Of a stretch of DNA of 64,000 bases, positions 1 through 9,946 are shown piece by piece (position 1 is the first letter of the stretch; each line of letters opens with the position of its first letter). The stretch lies in contig CAZLTB010000001.1 of NCBI GenBank assembly GCA_964562505.1, forward strand, positions 2,024-66,023, read 5' to 3'. Under the pieces are notes generated by a model, which was given only the letters and a program-made list of their open reading frames with translations, made no database searches and was not told where the DNA came from. Origin of the DNA: an uncultured Candidatus Saccharibacteria bacterium (GTDB taxonomy: Bacteria; Patescibacteriota; Saccharimonadia; Saccharimonadales; CAZLTB01). The position numbers were made by a program, and so were the translations under genes.

Positions 1-988
1 GACAGTCGGAAGCGGAGACTTATTCCAGGTAGCTTCCAATGGCAACCTGACATCATCCAATGCCGGCACCTGGACATTCTCTAACGACACCAACTTTGCC
101 TTAACTGGCGGAGTTAACGGACTAAGCCTAGACGGAACAACATTCTCCGTAGATTCAACCAACCATAGGGTGGGTATTGGTGATGCTACACCAGTAGCCC
201 TGTTCACGGTTGGTACTAGCGATGCCTTCCAAGTAGATAGCTCAGGCAACGTAATTGGTCTGGCTGCTAACTTATCAGGCGCCAGTGCGCTAACACTCGG
301 TTCTACTTCAAATATTGGCGCTATACTTCTAAAAGATGGTACAGCCAGCGGAACCCTAACCCTTAATGTTGCTAACTTGTCGGACTATACTTTGACATTG
401 CCTACTAGCGCCGGATCTGCGAACGATTGTCTAAAAAATTCTGGTACCCCTGGTGCTTTGACATTCGGCGGTTGTGGTGGTGCTTCAGGCCTGACAAAAC
501 ACATAATCCTGACTGCTGAATACGGTGGAGCAGTGCTTGACGCTGATGGAGCTAATAACACCGGTACAATGACCAGCGCCATTGATACTGCCGCCTTCAG
601 CAGCAAGGGCGAGCATTATTACAACTGGACAACTTCTCAGGGTTCTAACCAGGATTACGATATTGTGGTGCAGATCCCAATTCCCAGCGACTTTAGTGCC
701 TGGAGTGGAACTAATCCGTTTACCATTGATGTTTGGACAAGTGACACCACTAACGGCACCACTACCGCTAAGGTCACCGACACCAACGGCACAGCTGCTA
801 CCAACTGGAACACCTGCTCACTGACACCAGGATCAGCGAGTACCTGGACTGCCTCTACGGGCTGTGTTATTACCGGTGGTACCTGGACGGCCAACAACAC
901 ATTCATAATGAGATTCCACGTTCAAGCACCAAACGCTGGCAATACCCGCATTGGTAAAATTGATCTAAGCTATACGGCGGCATACTAA
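1..988 (+). CDS. C-terminal part of a Gly/Thr/Ser/Asn-rich secreted or surface protein; the 5' end lies outside the window
   Basis: The frame starting at nt 2 is open to the window edge. The last 272 aa are in the ORF track. The composition is low-complexity G/T/S/N-rich with no enzymatic motif. The TAA stop at 986-988 abuts the next gene, so co-transcription is likely. Confidence 0.6.
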   Translation, partial: TVGSGDLFQVASNGNLTSSNAGTWTFSNDTNFALTGGVNGLSLDGTTFSVDSTNHRVGIGDATPVALFTVGTSDAFQVDSSGNVIGLAANLSGASALTLGSTSNIGAILLKDGTASGTLTLNVANLSDYTLTLPTSAGSANDCLKNSGTPGALTFGGCGGASGLTKHIILTAEYGGAVLDADGANNTGTMTSAIDTAAFSSKGEHYYNWTTSQGSNQDYDIVVQIPIPSDFSAWSGTNPFTIDVWTSDTTNGTTTAKVTDTNGTAATNWNTCSLTPGSASTWTASTGCVITGGTWTANNTFIMRFHVQAPNAGNTRIGKIDLSYTAAY

Positions 989-991
989 ACT

Positions 992-3900
992 ATGGAACAG
1001 TTTCCTAACGCACGTACGATCCACTTGACTCAGACCTCTTCTCGCCGTCACAAACGTCTTAGCTTGAGACGTATTCTAAATCGTATACTTAGCAGCTCAT
1101 TCACTTTGACACTATTTATATTAGTGTTAGCTATAGCATTGTCTCCCATATTGGATATGGCCATGTTAGAGTCTCGCTATGACCTAAAACCTGCTGTTAA
1201 AGTACTTGATTCCGTTAACTCTAAGCTAGCAAGCAAAATTACCTATGATCCATCAAAACAGATCTATCAATTCAATAAAGACGCTGCAAACCAAACAGAT
1301 CAATCTGGTCCACATCAACGATTGGGTGGGGAAGACGGTAGCAGTGGTCTATATGGAGTTGATTTTAGCGTTGACCCATCAAAGGGCATTACTATCCATG
1401 ATGCTGAATCTAAAATTGATATGTCTTTCGTTCCTCAGTTTAAGACAGAGGATGGCAAGCTCAAAGACGGGCGGTTGGTCTATCCTCTTAAAGATGCGAA
1501 CGGCCAAATGGTCTATTCTCTGACAGGCGTTGGCCCTAAAGAAGACCTAGTCCTAAAATCTTCAAGCAAAGATACTCAGACTTTCAACTATCTACTGAAT
1601 CTACCCAATAGCCTAGAAGCTAGAATGTTGCCAGGCGGAGCGGTAGGTATCTATAGTGCTGACCCAGCACTATTCGGAAATATTAGTTATGGTTCAGACA
1701 AAGATCAGCAAAAAGTTGAAGCAGCTCGCCAAAACGGCCAAAAAACCCATTTAACTTTCATAATCCCAGCTCCCATCATTAAACAAGCAGGTGGCAAAGA
1801 ATCTACGGCTAAAGCCAAATTTGAACTAAACAAAAACACTCTGTCAGTAAAGGCAACAGGCCTAAAGAAAGCTACCTACCCCTTAAGTATTGACCCTAGT
1901 TTTGTGGTGAATAGTGCGGCAAGCTGGGCACTTGGTAATAATGAAAGTGGAACGGACTTTGACACTAGTAATAATTTGATAAAGAGGGGTGCAGTGACTG
2001 GAGGTACGGTGGGGAGCTGGACAACTGACGGTGACAGCTTTACTACAGCCCGCCACACACACACAACAGTTGCCTATAACGGCTACATATACGTCATTGG
2101 TGGCTGTAGTGCCGGCAGTGACGGCAACTGCAACACTTTCCAAAACGATGTGCAGTATGCGGCCATAAACTCCGATGGCTCGATCGGAAGTTTTAGTAGT
2201 ACCACAGCTTTTACTACAGCTCGTTACTTCCATACCAGCGTGGTTTACAATGGTTATTTATATGTAATAGGTGGATGTAGTGCTGGTAACGCCTGCGCCT
2301 CCTCAGGATTACAAAATGACGTACAATATGCCAAGATCAATTCTAACGGTACGGTCGGTACATGGAACACCACTTCAACCTTTACTACTGCGCGGTTCGG
2401 CCACACGTCAGTAGCCTACAATGGTTATCTGTATATTTTAGGTGGCTGTAACGCGGTAAGTGGTGGCAACTGTACCTCAGCCGGTAGTCTCAATGACGTA
2501 CAATATGCCGCAATAAAGGGTGACGGTACAGTTGGCAGCTGGAGCGCTACTACAAGCTTTACCACAGGCAGATATGCCCATGGTAGTGTGGCATATAACG
2601 GTCACTTGTATGTTTTGGCAGGGTGTAGTGGTAGTGGTTGTAACGTGGAAAGTGACGTGCAGCACGCATCTACTAACTCGGATGGCACATTAAGTGCCTG
2701 GACGACTGATACAAAAAATCTTAACAACAGTCGCTGGGGATTTACAACTTATGTCTCAAATGGCTATATGTATGTAGCGGGAGGCTGTACTTCCTCAAGT
2801 CCGAATAACTGTGGCAACTCTAATAAGGTTGCAGATGTTCAATACGCACCCATAAACAGTGACGGTTCGGTCGGTGGTAATGTTGATTGGACTTTTACCA
2901 CTAGCTTTTCTACTGGCAGGCATACACAGTCTGGCGCTTTTTATAATGGCTACCTGTACGTTTTAGGCGGGTGTAGCCTTGGTGCTTGCGGTACCTTTCA
3001 AAATGATGTCCAATACTCTAAGGTCGATACGGCCGGGACGGTTAAGGCCTGGACGTCAACAACCGCCTTCACTACGGCTCGCTATGGCCATGCTAGCGTG
3101 GCATATAACGGCTTCCTTTATGTCTACGGCGGTTGTAGTGCTAGCACCAGCGGCAACTGCTCGACCTTCAGCGCTGCCGGCCAAAAAGCTGCTATAGCCT
3201 CTGATGGTACAGTAGGCACTTGGAGCTCTTCCGGAATCACCGCTTTCACGACCGCCCGTTATGGTCACGTTGCTTTGGCCTACAATGGCTTCATGTATGT
3301 TATTGGCGGTTGTAGCGCTAACACCAGCGCCGGTTGCTCAACCTTTCAAGCCGGGGTGCAGAAGGCTGCTATTGCCGCCGACGGCACGATAGGCAGCTGG
3401 AGCGCAACTACTGCTTTTACGACTGCCCGTTACGGCCACACTGCATTAGTTTATAACGGTTTCATGTATGTTATTGGGGGTTGTAGTGCCAGCACCAGCG
3501 GCAATTGCTCAACCTTTAATAACGACGTTCAATACAATACCATTAACTCTGACGGTACCTTGGGCGGTACATGGAGCACTACAAATACCTTTTCTACCGC
3601 ACGTTATGGTCATTCGAGCGTCGTAGCTAGAGGCTATCTATACGTTATCGGAGGCTGTAGCGCCGATACCAGCGCCGGCTGCTCAACCTTTAATAACGAC
3701 GTTCAAAAAGCTCTTATTGATTCTAGTGGAACCGTTGGCACATGGAGTAGCACGACTAGCTTCACCACTGCCCGTTATTGGCAATCTGCGGTTGCCGAGA
3801 AGGGCTACCTATATGTTTTGGGTGGCTGTAGCGCGGCAACTAGTGGCAACTGTTCTACTTTTCAAAACGATGTCCAGTATGCGTTAATAAATTCGGATGG

Positions 3901-5518
3901 CACTCTTGGCAGCTGGAGTACAACCAGCAGTTTTACCACGGCTAGCTACGGCCTTTTTTCGGTGGCAGTCGGTGGATATCTGTACGCAATCGGTGGCTGC
4001 AGTGCCGACACCAGCGCCGGCTGCTCGACCTTTCAGAGTAGTGTCCAATACGCCCTTATAAATAATGGCGGAACGGGTCAAATTGGGTCGTTTAATGGCA
4101 CAACTACCCTGTCAAACCGTGCCGGCCATGCCTCAGTTGCCTATAATGGCTATCTCTATGTAACTGGTGGCTGTAGCAGCACATCATCAGGGGCTTCATG
4201 TTCCACCATGAACAATGATGTCCAATATGCGGCTATTGACTATCTAGGCAATGTAGGTAGTTGGGGCAGCGCTGGCAATACCTTCTCAACTGCCAGATTT
4301 GACCATACGGCTGTGGCTTACAAAGGCTATCTGTACATACTTGGAGGTTGTGATACCACAACAACCTCGAATGGTACCCACTGTAATGGCTACCGTAGCG
4401 ATGTTCAAAAAGCCGCTTTTAACTCCAATGGTACTATCGGTACCTTCAGCTCAACTTCCAGTTTTACAACCGCTCGCTTTGGACATGCCTCTGCTGCCTA
4501 TAACGGTTATATGTACGTTTTTGGCGGGTGCAGTGGAACGGCTAACGATGGCACCTATTGTGCCTCCGGTCAATTCTTAAGTGACGTCCAAAAAGCCGCT
4601 ATTAATTCTGATGGTACCTTGGGAAGCTTTAGCTCCACTACTTCGTTTACAACCAGCAGAGTCGGTTTAGCAGGTTTGGCCTACAATGGCTACATCTACG
4701 TTTTAGGCGGCTGCAGTGCTGCTGACAAGTGGTGCACTACATTTCTGGCCGATGTGCAATTCGCACCATTAAATTCCGACGGCACCGTTGGAACCTGGGC
4801 CTACACCAACAACTTCGCAACGGGCCGCTTTCTTCATAATGCAGTGGCAACCAATGGTTTTATCATCCTTAGTGCTGGTTGTAGCACTGCGGCCAGTCAA
4901 AACTGCACCACACTCAATAGCGATGTTCAAACGGTACCGATCAACTCTAACGGCACCTTAGGGTCTTGGGCTACCGTCTTTTCTTTAGCCAACGCAAAAG
5001 CAGGGGCCAGCATGGCCTATTACAATGGTTTTCTTTACTCTACGTGTGGGTGCACAGGCTTTACCGGTACCATACCACACTGCAATAATTTCACGGGCGA
5101 AATACGATCTAGCTCTCGCTTTGAGGTTATCTCCAGAACAGCAATCTATTCGAGATTGTTTGATGCCGAAGGCGACGCTAGCGCGACTAAGTGGTACTGG
5201 AAGGGAACTTTATTAAATAGTAATGGCCTGCTAAGACTGACCTACAAATCAGCACCTGATTCAACAGACGCGTTTGGATCTGCTACAACTCCGACTCTTC
5301 CTGCCAGTGGGGTACTGGATCTATTCTCAGTTCCGGAGATGCGATATAATTGGCTATTCTTCACGATTGACGATACTGATGCATCGGCCTTTCCTGATAG
5401 TCAATCAACCATGACAAATATCGAGCTGTTTTATCATCCGGCTCCAGCAAGGCGCCTACGTGGGGGTAAAACCTTTACCGGTGGATCACAACAGAGCCTT
5501 GATGCAACCCCGAACTAA
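992..5518 (+). CDS. Giant (1508 aa) membrane-anchored surface protein with about 18 tandem Kelch-type beta-propeller blades
   Basis: The N-terminus has a basic stretch followed by a hydrophobic helix (FTLTLFILVLAIALSPIL). A repeating unit of about 53-56 aa, F-T-T-A-R-Y-G-H-x-S-V-A-Y-N-G-Y-L-Y-V-I-G-G-C-S...C-S-T-F-x-N-D-V-Q-Y-A-x-I-N-S-D-G-T-x-G-x-W, matches the Kelch consensus (R...GG...Y...W). Each blade carries a conserved Cys pair. Confidence 0.8.
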   Translation: MEQFPNARTIHLTQTSSRRHKRLSLRRILNRILSSSFTLTLFILVLAIALSPILDMAMLESRYDLKPAVKVLDSVNSKLASKITYDPSKQIYQFNKDAANQTDQSGPHQRLGGEDGSSGLYGVDFSVDPSKGITIHDAESKIDMSFVPQFKTEDGKLKDGRLVYPLKDANGQMVYSLTGVGPKEDLVLKSSSKDTQTFNYLLNLPNSLEARMLPGGAVGIYSADPALFGNISYGSDKDQQKVEAARQNGQKTHLTFIIPAPIIKQAGGKESTAKAKFELNKNTLSVKATGLKKATYPLSIDPSFVVNSAASWALGNNESGTDFDTSNNLIKRGAVTGGTVGSWTTDGDSFTTARHTHTTVAYNGYIYVIGGCSAGSDGNCNTFQNDVQYAAINSDGSIGSFSSTTAFTTARYFHTSVVYNGYLYVIGGCSAGNACASSGLQNDVQYAKINSNGTVGTWNTTSTFTTARFGHTSVAYNGYLYILGGCNAVSGGNCTSAGSLNDVQYAAIKGDGTVGSWSATTSFTTGRYAHGSVAYNGHLYVLAGCSGSGCNVESDVQHASTNSDGTLSAWTTDTKNLNNSRWGFTTYVSNGYMYVAGGCTSSSPNNCGNSNKVADVQYAPINSDGSVGGNVDWTFTTSFSTGRHTQSGAFYNGYLYVLGGCSLGACGTFQNDVQYSKVDTAGTVKAWTSTTAFTTARYGHASVAYNGFLYVYGGCSASTSGNCSTFSAAGQKAAIASDGTVGTWSSSGITAFTTARYGHVALAYNGFMYVIGGCSANTSAGCSTFQAGVQKAAIAADGTIGSWSATTAFTTARYGHTALVYNGFMYVIGGCSASTSGNCSTFNNDVQYNTINSDGTLGGTWSTTNTFSTARYGHSSVVARGYLYVIGGCSADTSAGCSTFNNDVQKALIDSSGTVGTWSSTTSFTTARYWQSAVAEKGYLYVLGGCSAATSGNCSTFQNDVQYALINSDGTLGSWSTTSSFTTASYGLFSVAVGGYLYAIGGCSADTSAGCSTFQSSVQYALINNGGTGQIGSFNGTTTLSNRAGHASVAYNGYLYVTGGCSSTSSGASCSTMNNDVQYAAIDYLGNVGSWGSAGNTFSTARFDHTAVAYKGYLYILGGCDTTTTSNGTHCNGYRSDVQKAAFNSNGTIGTFSSTSSFTTARFGHASAAYNGYMYVFGGCSGTANDGTYCASGQFLSDVQKAAINSDGTLGSFSSTTSFTTSRVGLAGLAYNGYIYVLGGCSAADKWCTTFLADVQFAPLNSDGTVGTWAYTNNFATGRFLHNAVATNGFIILSAGCSTAASQNCTTLNSDVQTVPINSNGTLGSWATVFSLANAKAGASMAYYNGFLYSTCGCTGFTGTIPHCNNFTGEIRSSSRFEVISRTAIYSRLFDAEGDASATKWYWKGTLLNSNGLLRLTYKSAPDSTDAFGSATTPTLPASGVLDLFSVPEMRYNWLFFTIDDTDASAFPDSQSTMTNIELFYHPAPARRLRGGKTFTGGSQQSLDATPN
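2000..5070 (+). repeat. Intragenic tandem array of about 160-170-nt units, diverged at the DNA level, encoding the Kelch-like blades
   Basis: YNG[YF][LMI]YV motifs recur about 18 times in the translation. DNA segments such as gccga[ct]accagcgccggctgctc[ag]accttt recur at about 3661 and 4009. Confidence 0.75.
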
Positions 5519-5709
5519 GCATTTTAGCTATGTCGCAAAATATCTGTGCCGATAAAAAACGAGCATTATCGAGGCGTGACTAAGAAACCAGAGACAATGT
5601 TATCTAGGAGCCTGAAATTACTAGCAGGATAATACTAGTTAGTCTATGCTGTCCCTAGTTTACTGTTCAAGTATTCAATGCTAGGCTATGGACAAGGGAA
5701 AAGATAAAC

Positions 5710-6468
5710 ATGGCCAATATAATTGCAATATTGAACCAAAAGGGTGGGGTAGGTAAAACGACCACAGCTATTAATCTGGCAGCTTATCTGGCGAAAAGCG
5801 GCAAACAGGTACTAATCATAGACTTTGATCCGCAAGGTAACGCTACCAGTGGCATGGGCGTTGATAAACGTTCACAGGAACAGACTAGCTACGAATTGTT
5901 ATTTGGACATACTACTCTTGATAAAGCCGTGAAAGAAACAGATATCAATAATCTGTATATATTACCAGCCAATGCCAGTCTTGTGGCAGCTGAGGTAGAG
6001 CTTGTCGACAAAGAAGACAGGGAAACAAGGCTTAAAAGTGCACTAAAGGCCATTGACTATGATTTTGTACTTATTGATTGTCCTCCGGCCCTGGGCCTTT
6101 TGACTATCAATGCCCTGGCGGCAGCCAGTCTAGTCTTAATCCCTGTGCAAGCCGAGTACTATGCGCTAGAGGGCTTAAGCCAGTTGCTTGAGGTAGTGCA
6201 GCGAGTACGCCAAGGGTTGAATACTGATCTTGAGATTCTCGGAGTCTTAGTTACGATGTACGACAGTCGTACAAGCCTGTCGGAACAGGTGTATGATGAG
6301 CTTAGCGCGCATTTTGGAGACAAGGTATTTAAAACTATTATTCCGCGTAACGTGCGCCTAGCGGAAGCTCCCAGCTTCGGCAAACCAATCGCCGAACACG
6401 ACAAATGGTCCAAGGGAGCAAGAGCTTATAAACAGTTAGCCAAAGAGGTAATAGGGAGAACGAGTTGA
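5710..6468 (+). CDS. parA: ParA/Soj chromosome-partitioning ATPase
   Basis: Deviant Walker A motif KGGVGKTT; about 250 aa; the ATGA overlap with the downstream parB gene indicates translational coupling. Confidence 0.9.
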   Translation: MANIIAILNQKGGVGKTTTAINLAAYLAKSGKQVLIIDFDPQGNATSGMGVDKRSQEQTSYELLFGHTTLDKAVKETDINNLYILPANASLVAAEVELVDKEDRETRLKSALKAIDYDFVLIDCPPALGLLTINALAAASLVLIPVQAEYYALEGLSQLLEVVQRVRQGLNTDLEILGVLVTMYDSRTSLSEQVYDELSAHFGDKVFKTIIPRNVRLAEAPSFGKPIAEHDKWSKGARAYKQLAKEVIGRTS

Positions 6469-7337
6469 TGGCTGAGAAATCACGGGGTCTGGGCAGAGGG
6501 TTTGACTCACTGATTCCAAACGATTTTGACGAGACCATCTTGCTTGATAGCGAAGACCGGATACAGAAGCTGCCTCTCGGCGACGTAAAGCCTAATAACA
6601 AGCAGCCACGTCGAAGCTTTGATAAAACCGCCATAGAAGAACTAGCCACTTCAATTAAAAGATATGGCGTGCTGCAACCGCTGATCGTATCTCCTATTCA
6701 AGGCGGAAAATACGAACTGGTGGCAGGTGAAAGGCGTTGGCGTGCAGCCCAGATAGCAGGCCTCGATAAAATCCCCGCAATAGTGCGAAAACGAGAGGAA
6801 TTAGAACGTTTAGAGGTGGCTCTGATCGAAAATGTACAACGAGTTGATCTGTCACCGCTTGAACAAGCCATTTCTATTGAACGATTACACCAGCAGTTTA
6901 ATATCTCTTACAAATCTATTGCCGAACGTCTTGGCAAGGCGCTTCCGACGATACATAACACTGTCCGACTTCTACAATTACCAGAAGCTGCTCTTGAAGC
7001 CTTGCAGAGCGGAAAGATTAGCGAAGGCCATGCCAGAGCTATCTTGGCTCTCAAAGAGCAGCCTGACGGCCAAAGCGATTTACTAGATCAGATCCTGAAA
7101 AAACAGTGGTCAGTGCGTCAAGCAGAGCAATATGTAGTTAGCTCTAGGCAGACTAAAACCGCTAAAGGCGTTTCGAAACACAAGTTAGAGCCAGAAACAC
7201 CAGCCACAAGGGTATTAGGTAAAAAGCTGGGAACAAAGGTCACTTTGCGCCGTATGGCCAAAGGAGGGCGTTTGGAAATTCACTATAAAGACGATAAAGA
7301 TCTAGAAAACCTCTTAAATAAGATATCTAAAAATTAA
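6465..7337 (+). CDS. parB: ParB/Spo0J partition protein
   Basis: ParB box GERRWRAA, an HTH region and a basic C-terminal domain. Confidence 0.88.
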   Translation: MMAEKSRGLGRGFDSLIPNDFDETILLDSEDRIQKLPLGDVKPNNKQPRRSFDKTAIEELATSIKRYGVLQPLIVSPIQGGKYELVAGERRWRAAQIAGLDKIPAIVRKREELERLEVALIENVQRVDLSPLEQAISIERLHQQFNISYKSIAERLGKALPTIHNTVRLLQLPEAALEALQSGKISEGHARAILALKEQPDGQSDLLDQILKKQWSVRQAEQYVVSSRQTKTAKGVSKHKLEPETPATRVLGKKLGTKVTLRRMAKGGRLEIHYKDDKDLENLLNKISKN

Positions 7338-7349
7338 TAATTGGACGAT

Positions 7350-8003
7350 CTAGAAAATTTCAGTCTTATTAACAGGCAACAGACGAACAACCAGTTTTCC
7401 TACCAGATCTTTAGCTGGTATGGGGCCAAATATGCGTGAGTCGAGCGAATTAGTTCTATTATCACCACAGACGAAAATTTGCCCTTCAGGCACGACCACA
7501 TCCACGTTTCCAGGGGTAAGTCTCTGCAAATTACCGTAGCCACCATTGGTGTCTGGATTAAAACCTTCCGGATGCTCTTCGTTATAAACAGTAATCTTAC
7601 CATCGGCCACCACCACATGTTCTCCAGGTAAGCCAATAACTCTTTTGATTAATTGCTTATCCGGTTGAGCCTCTCCAAATTCAGTCAGGCCGTGTTTAAC
7701 AAATATAACAATATCCCCACGCTTAGGAATATAAGCATGTTTGGTGACTTTTGCTACAGTTCTAGGAACCTTCAATACTATCAAGCGATCTTGATTCTGT
7801 AATGTGTTTTCCATACTTGGACCCTCGACTTCGTAAGACTGAAAAACGAATGCTGTCAGTGCTAATGCCAATAGAGGGGCGGCAACTAGAAGGGCAATGG
7901 TGGAGGCGGCTGTAAGCCAAGAGCGGTTTTTCCACGAATCACTACTTTCCTGCTCTTCAGGACCATAAGCAGGTGGCTGTGGTATAGTAGGAGATTGCTG
8001 CAT
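7350..8003 (-). CDS. lepB: Signal peptidase I
   Basis: An N-terminal TM helix plus the S26 boxes SMENTL and GDNRTNSLDSR. Confidence 0.85.
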   Translation of the reverse strand: MQQSPTIPQPPAYGPEEQESSDSWKNRSWLTAASTIALLVAAPLLALALTAFVFQSYEVEGPSMENTLQNQDRLIVLKVPRTVAKVTKHAYIPKRGDIVIFVKHGLTEFGEAQPDKQLIKRVIGLPGEHVVVADGKITVYNEEHPEGFNPDTNGGYGNLQRLTPGNVDVVVPEGQIFVCGDNRTNSLDSRIFGPIPAKDLVGKLVVRLLPVNKTEIF

Positions 8004-8115
8004 ATTACAGATCTCAACTATACCCCACTTTGCAGCAAAGTACTAACCAAGTAATTTCAACAACCAGGCTTACTAAGTTTGTGCATAACCAGTATAATTA
8101 TTAAACGTATTTATT

Positions 8116-9762
8116 TTGCAGATGGATGATTTTCGTAACAATAGACACAACAGTCGTAACTCAGGGTCAATAGACGGGTTCATAAGAAGCCGCAGTCGGC
8201 CTATTCCGTCTAAAAATTCTCCTGCTGCTAAAAGCCAAACTAGGACAACACTTGGTAATTTCAGAAACACTGACGGGTTCTATCCTGTATCTAGAAATGA
8301 ACTACCAACGCACGCCAAGCGAAGAGGCCGAAAGCCCTACAGAAATCCAGAAGGGCAGATTAGGCTCAGTATGGACGATCTGCCTCCTGTACCGAAGAAA
8401 AAAACCAAGAAATGGGCTAAAGTCGCGTTAAAAACCTTCGGTATACTTATTATAATCTCAGTGTTGCTCGGTGGAGCGCTGTTCGGTAAAGGCATACTTA
8501 AGGCACGGCAGATATTTAAAGGTGGCGGCGGGGCGGCAGCACTTCAAAAGAACGTTGATCCATCGCTCTTACGCGGGGAGGGTGACGGCCGTATTAACAT
8601 AATGTTACTGGGCAAAGGTGGTCCAGGACATGAAGGGGCTGATCTAACTGACACGATTTTAATTGCTAGCATTGATCCGATTCAAAAACAAGCGGCACTA
8701 CTGAGCATACCAAGAGACTTTTATATCAAGGTTAACGGTAGCTACACGAAGATTAATGCGGTATATGCTAATGCCAAAAATCAATCGCTAGCCAAAACTA
8801 GCACAAAGGATAAAGATAGAGCCCAGAAGGCTGAAGACGCTGGCCTAAACGCAGTTGATGACGCTGTAACATCCACCATTGGTATACCAATTCATTATCA
8901 TGTACTAGTGGACTTCACCGGATTTAAAGAGGCAATAGACACGGTCGGCGGTATTGATCTCAATGTTCCTAAGGAATTAGCGGTTAGTGAGCATATGTAT
9001 ATCGAAGGCCACGGTAGTTATTACTTAAATGTCGGGGCAGGTCAGCAGCATTTTGATGGTTTCAGGGCACTGGCATTTGCACGTACCCGGTATACCAGCG
9101 CTAGAGGTGATTTTGACCGGTCTGAAAGACAGCGATTAGTTCTAGTGGCGCTTAAGAGTAAAGTGTTCAGCGCAGGCACGTACGGTAATCCAGCCAAGAT
9201 TAATCAACTTATCAATGCTTTCGGTAACCACATTCAAGCTAATATGACCACAAACGAGGTATCAAGGCTGTATGACATAGGTAAGCAAATCGATAACAGC
9301 CAAGTTGTGTCTATCGGTCTAGCTGATCCACCCAATAACTACGTAATGACATCTTCAGTTAACGGCCTATCGGTAGTTATACCTCGAGCAGGACTCGGCA
9401 ACTATAAGGAAATTCAGAACTTCGTGCGAAATCGCCTGAAAGATAGTTTCCTGGCCAATGAAAATGCCAGCATAGAAGTACTTAATGGTACAACGATCCC
9501 CGGCTTGGCCACTAGGACAGCCGATGATCTTAAATCCTACGGGTACAACATTACCCAGATAGCCGATGCGCCCTCCAAGGGTTATGGGCAAACCACGATC
9601 GTCGATTTACGAAATGGAGCCAAAAAGTACACTAGACACTACTTAGAAAACCGTTTTAGCGTTAGTGCCGTAACCAGTCTGCCTGATAAGTCGATCATTC
9701 CAGGGAATGCTGATTTTGTTATAATACTTGGGCAAAATGAAGTTAGTCGTCTCGATAACTAA
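8116..9762 (+). CDS. LytR-CpsA-Psr (LCP) family cell-envelope phosphotransferase with a C-terminal LytR_C-like domain
   Basis: A long basic cytoplasmic N-terminus, one TM helix and LCP core motifs (DTILIASIDP, R...D). About 548 aa. Confidence 0.8.
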   Translation: MQMDDFRNNRHNSRNSGSIDGFIRSRSRPIPSKNSPAAKSQTRTTLGNFRNTDGFYPVSRNELPTHAKRRGRKPYRNPEGQIRLSMDDLPPVPKKKTKKWAKVALKTFGILIIISVLLGGALFGKGILKARQIFKGGGGAAALQKNVDPSLLRGEGDGRINIMLLGKGGPGHEGADLTDTILIASIDPIQKQAALLSIPRDFYIKVNGSYTKINAVYANAKNQSLAKTSTKDKDRAQKAEDAGLNAVDDAVTSTIGIPIHYHVLVDFTGFKEAIDTVGGIDLNVPKELAVSEHMYIEGHGSYYLNVGAGQQHFDGFRALAFARTRYTSARGDFDRSERQRLVLVALKSKVFSAGTYGNPAKINQLINAFGNHIQANMTTNEVSRLYDIGKQIDNSQVVSIGLADPPNNYVMTSSVNGLSVVIPRAGLGNYKEIQNFVRNRLKDSFLANENASIEVLNGTTIPGLATRTADDLKSYGYNITQIADAPSKGYGQTTIVDLRNGAKKYTRHYLENRFSVSAVTSLPDKSIIPGNADFVIILGQNEVSRLDN

Positions 9763-9946
9763 TCCCAAGCATCACACCGATCGGATCGCTTTTGGGCAAA
9801 GCCCAAAACTTTACCGATCTCTTGGCGCCAAATCTATTTTATTTCTGCGATTCTCACTCACCGTACTAACTGTACGACTCATTGCGATTCTCGAAAGTAA
9901 AATAGATTTTGCACCCAAGTGTGAAGCTTGGGTAAAAGCTTAGATT

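Noticed and set aside
385-906. Short antisense or off-frame ORFs inside the first surface-protein gene (385-606, 582-824 and 655-906). Similar 60-120-aa ORFs are nested in nearly every large gene, for example 1245-1523, 1883-2233, 15216-15533, 21086-21394, 33252-33740 and 57035-57379.
   Set aside because: Each is fully contained within a longer ORF that has clear homology-grade motifs and coding-like composition. They are by-products of six-frame translation.
2000-5070. Repetitive DNA that could be mistaken for a CRISPR array or a mobile element
   Set aside because: The repeats are 160-170 nt, in-frame, diverged and protein-coding (Kelch blades). There are no short identical direct repeats with unique spacers.
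9728-9943. 71-aa ORF in the gap after the LCP gene
   Set aside because: It overlaps the end of the LCP gene, has atypical composition and lies in a palindrome-rich non-coding-looking stretch.
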